Part shown: positions 47,495-51,591 of the stretch, piece after piece
Position numbering within the stretch: the first letter of the stretch is position 1
How the letters are laid out: the number at the start of each line of letters is the position of its first letter
From: Macrostomum lignano
Taxonomy: Eukaryota
Direction: 5' to 3'
Assembly: GCA_002269645.1 (NCBI GenBank)
Contig: NIVC01004291.1
Span: 1-51,591 of the forward strand
DNA length: 51,591 bases
Notes under the pieces: model-generated
Databases searched by the model: none
The model's input: the letters and a program-made list of their open reading frames with translations, nothing else
Told to the model about the DNA's origin: nothing
Translations under genes and position numbers: made by a program

Positions 47495-48003
47495 CAATTG
47501 AAGCAGCTCTGAACATGAGTTTAGATATAATTAGATATAATATAATATTTTGGCTGCCAGAAAGACAAGTCAGCCTTTCTTCCTGACCTCCACTTATGCA
47601 GAACTAGCAAATCCCGTACCGCATGGACTACTGCGCATTGCCGCTTGGACTGGAAGCCCGGCCAAAATTCTAAGCCCTTAATTTGGGCGTGCCAGACGTC
47701 CATGACCTGTGCGTACAGCCTGCGAGCGGCGAGGGAGAGGTGGGGGAGGAGGAAAGGACAGCCAGGAAATCGATAAGCGGATGCGAAACCCCTCGCCCCA
47801 ACCCCGCAGCCACCCCCGCAAGTCTACCGCCCCAATGTCTACTAGAAGACAGGCTAGAATGAGATTTCTTCCTAGCGGACGCGTTGCAGCTCTCTGCCCT
47901 CGCTCTGTACGCGGCTGCAGCCCCCCAAAGCTGGTTGCTCATCCGTGCTTATATCCAAGCCCCCGCCAGCAGGTCAAGCACTGACTGACTTGCCAGGATC
48001 AGC

Positions 48004-50131
48004 ATGGAAGACTCCGGCTGGAAGGTCGGCCTGTGCAGCGCGGCCACCGGCAAGTTCCTGACGGCCGAGCCATTCGGCTTCAAGCTGAACGTGTCCGCCA
48101 GCTCGTTGAAGAAGCGCCAGACCTGGACTCTGGTGCCGGACGCGCACACGGAGTCATTCGTGGCCCTGCGCTCGCACCTGAATCGCTACCTGTCCGCTGA
48201 CAAGGACGGCAACGTGACCGCCTGCGCCGAGTCGGTGGACACCGAGGAGCGCTTCGCCGTCGAGTATTCCTCAGAAGGGGGAGCTCGCCTGGCCCTGAGG
48301 AGCGTCCTGCACGGCTGGTACTTCAGCGGCGAGGGGGACCAGGTGCGGTGCTTCGCCCGGTCGCCAGTCTGGTGGAAGTGCCAGCTGGCGCTGCACCCGC
48401 AGGTGCACCTGAAGAATCTCAATCGGGGTCGCTACCTGCGGCTGGGCGACGGCGAGATCTCCGGCGACCGGGTCAACCCCTGGGGCGCTGAGAGTCTCAT
48501 CACGCTGATGCAGTCTGTCGACGGCCGAGTGGCCATTCGGGCATCGGACGGGAGCTACCTGAGCCGGACTGGCGAGCTCTCAGCAGAGATGTCCGAGGAG
48601 GTGCTGCTCAGCCCTGAGTTCCACTGCGGTGCGCGCCCGGCCTGGCGTTCAAGGTGAGCTGGAGATCGGGATGCGGTGAGGATGTGATCAGGATGTGATC
48701 AGAATGTGATCAGGATGTATTCAGGATGCGGTGAGGATGTGACGAGAATGCGGCGAGGATATGATGAGAATGTGATATGGATGAGACGAGGATACAGTGA
48801 AGATGCGGTAAGGATGGGATAAAAATTAGGCTGAGGATGATTAGCAAGTTCTTAGACCTTCAAACGGATTGCTATTAAAATCATGGAGCTTTTAGGTGAT
48901 TCAATAGAAGGACTTCCAGAGCGCACCCTGCTCGAACTCTCTCCCACCCATGAATTTGTGCCTAGTAATGAACTCAATCAGCACAACCCATTGCCATTGC
49001 TTAAACGCAGGACTCAAACGGCCGCTACCTCACCAACACTGGGTCCAGCGGCACCACCAAAACAAAAAACCAGAACGTCACGAAGGACGAACTGTTTGTC
49101 CTGGAGGCCAGCTACCCGCAGGTGGCAGTCAAAGCTTTCAACGGCCGCTACGCCAGCGTCAAGCAGGGGGAGCACTCTGAGCTCAACTTGCACCCAAGCT
49201 GATCTTCTGGGCTGAGTCATCGCGTGGCTGGGAGAGAGATTAGCTAGAGTAGGATTTAGGATTAGGACCCGGAGTTCCCCTTGCTAAAGCCTATTTATGG
49301 TTCCCAGAGCCGGGGGAGTGCGCAGAAGCTGACGGAATTTGCTATTTTTGAACTTCTGCTTGGGAAATACAGGGCGAATCCCTTGCCTAACTTTGCTACT
49401 GCTAGTAGAAATACACGATTTTTATCTTTTATTTCTCCTTTAAACAAGATTTCGAAGAGGGAAATATGTGGGATTGATATGAGTTGTACCGAGTAGATGT
49501 GATAGACGAGATTGGAATAGATATGATATAGATGAGAGTGGAATAGATCTGATATAGATGAGAGTGGAATAGATCTGAGATAGATGAGAGTGGAATAGAT
49601 CTAAGATAGATGAGAGTGGAATAGATCTGAGATAGATGAGAGTGGAATAGATCTGAGATAGATGAGAGTGGAATAGATCTGAGATAGATGAGAGTGGAAT
49701 AGATCTAAGATAGATGAGAGTGGAATAGATCTGAGATAGATGAGAGTGGAATAGATCTAAGATAGATGAGAGTGGAATAGATCTGAGATAGATGAGAGTG
49801 GAATAGATCTGAGATAGATGAAAGTGGAATAGATCTGAGATAGATGAGAGTGGAATAGATCTGAGATAGATGAGAGTGGAATAGATTTGAGGTCGCAGGT
49901 CCGACTCGGGTTCAAGTAGATCGACTCGCAGATTGCAGAAAAAGTCCATATTTGATGATGCTTCCCTATAGGTCAGGACTTGAACGTGAACCAGAGCGAG
50001 ATCGAAGCCACGGAGACCTACCAGCTGGAGTTCGTGTCCTCGACTGGCAAGTGGCGATTTCGAACCAAGGACGACAAATTCTGGCGATTGTCCGCCGTGG
50101 CTAACGGAGTCAACGCTTCCGGGGATGCGGG
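48004..50131 (+). CDS. FSCN: Fascin (actin-bundling, singed/FSCN family), 5' three exons; continues past the window
   Basis: Exons 48004-48653, 49011-49167 and 49972-50131. Motifs: [24 protein letters not shown] (PKC-site region), [31 protein letters not shown]|[25 protein letters not shown]|QDLNVNQ, ETYQLE. Needs a 1-bp correction at 48636-38. The second donor reads GG. Confidence 0.93.
48670..48830. repeat. Degenerate repeat of about 11 bp (gatgtgatcag-type)
   Basis: In fascin intron 1. Confidence 0.6.
49497..49888. repeat. 26-bp minisatellite (gatagatgagagtggaatagatctga)
   Basis: About 15 copies in fascin intron 2. Confidence 0.95.
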
Positions 50132-50154
50132 GTGAGGCTGGGTAGCACGAGATG

Positions 50155-51500
50155 GATGAGAGTAGAGATTAGATATGTGTAGATTTGATCTGAGATAGAT
50201 GTGAGTAGACTAGATCTGAGATAGAGGAGAGTAGATTAATTCTGAAATAGAGGATAGTAGATTAGATCTGAAATAGAGGAGAGTAGACTAGATATGAGAT
50301 AGAGGAGAGTAGATTAGATCTGAGATGGAGGAGAGTAGACTAGATATGAGATAGAGGAGAGTAGATTAGATCTGAGATGGAGGCCATAGATTAGATCTGA
50401 GATAGAGGAGAGTAGATTAGATCTGAGATAGAGGAGAGTAGATTAGATCTGAGATAGAGGAGAGTAGATTAGATCTGAGATAGAGGAGAGTAGATTAGAT
50501 CTGAGATAGAGGAGAGTAGATTAATTCTGAAATAGAGGAGAGTAGATTAGATCTGAAATAGAGGAGAGTAGACAAGATATGAGATAGAGGAGAGTAGATT
50601 AGATCTGAGATGGAGGCCATAGATTAGATCTGAGATAGAGGAGAGTAGATTAGATCTGAGATAGAGGAGAGTAGATTAGATCTGAGATAGAGACCATAAG
50701 ATTAGATCTGAGATAGAGGAGAGTAGATTAGATCTGAAATAGAGGAGAGTAGACAAGATATGAGATAGAGGAGAGTAGATTAGATCTGAAATAGAGGAGA
50801 GTAGACAAGATATGAGATAGAGGAGATAGATTAGATCTGAGATGGAGGCCATAGATTAGATCTGAGATAGAGGAGAGTAGATTAGATCTGAGATAGAGGA
50901 GAGTAGATTAGATCTGAGATAGAGACCATAGGATTAGATCTGAGATAGAGGAGAGTAGATTAGATCTGAGATAGATGTGAGTAGATTAGATCTGAGATAG
51001 AGGAGAGTAGATTAGATCTGAGATAGAGACCAGAAGATTAGATCTGAGATAGAGCAGAGTAGATTAGATCTGAGATAGAGGAGAGTAAATTAGATCTGAG
51101 ATAGATTAGAGAAGATTGGATCTGAGATAGAGGAGAGTAGATTAGATCTGAGATAGATGTGAGTAGATTAGATCTGAGATAGAGGAGAGTAGATTAGATC
51201 TGAGATAGATGTGAGTAGATTAGATCTGAGATAGATGTGAGTAGATTAGATCTGAGATAGAGGAGAGTAGATTAGATCTGAGATAGATGTGAGTAGATTA
51301 GATCTGAGATAGAGGAGAGTAGATTAGATCTGAGATAGATGTGAGTAGATTAGATCTGAGATAGATGTGAGTAGATTAGATCTGAGATAGATGTGAGTAG
51401 ATTAGATCTGAGATAGATGTGAGTAGATTAGATCTGAGATAGAGGAGAGTAGATTAGATCCGAGATAGATTAGAGAAGATTGGATCTGGGATAGTTTATT
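50155..51500. repeat. 26-bp minisatellite (gatagaggagagtagattagatctga)
   Basis: About 50 copies in fascin intron 3. Confidence 0.95.
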
Positions 51501-51591
51501 GAAGATATATCTGGGGTAAATGAAAGTAGATTAGACCTGACGCTAGGATGAGGGATTCAATACAAGATAAGCGGGAACCAGATTTAAGCAG

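Noticed and set aside
1-51591. Prokaryotic or phage system (operon, defence island, retron)
   Set aside because: Spliceosomal exon-intron structure, U4 snRNA, LRP and fascin show animal nuclear DNA.

Overview
Eukaryotic (animal) genomic DNA, not prokaryotic. GC-rich coding exons, Ala/Gln-rich low-complexity segments and introns filled with minisatellites suggest a free-living flatworm such as Macrostomum (inference, not verified). All gene models were built by hand from GT/AG sites and exon phases. In order, the window holds: (1) a 15-exon LRP5/6 (arrow)-type Wnt co-receptor gene (+, 426-21973); (2) a decayed IS630/Tc1-like element and an intact DD34D mariner, both inside LRP introns; (3) a U4 snRNA gene; (4) an orphan multi-exon gene (+, about 25.5-31.2 kb); (5) tRNA-Asp(GTC); (6) a complete 7-exon minus-strand receptor with signal peptide, F-type-lectin-like domain, TM helix and tyrosine-motif tail; (7) a hAT MITE with an 8-bp TSD; (8) an intronless 5-finger C2H2 gene; (9) an alpha-kinase fused to two Cys-rich repeats; (10) the 5' part of a fascin gene. 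About 30 distinct tandem repeat arrays occur, typically a different one per intron. Four apparent 1-bp indels and one GG donor may be long-read errors or real lesions.
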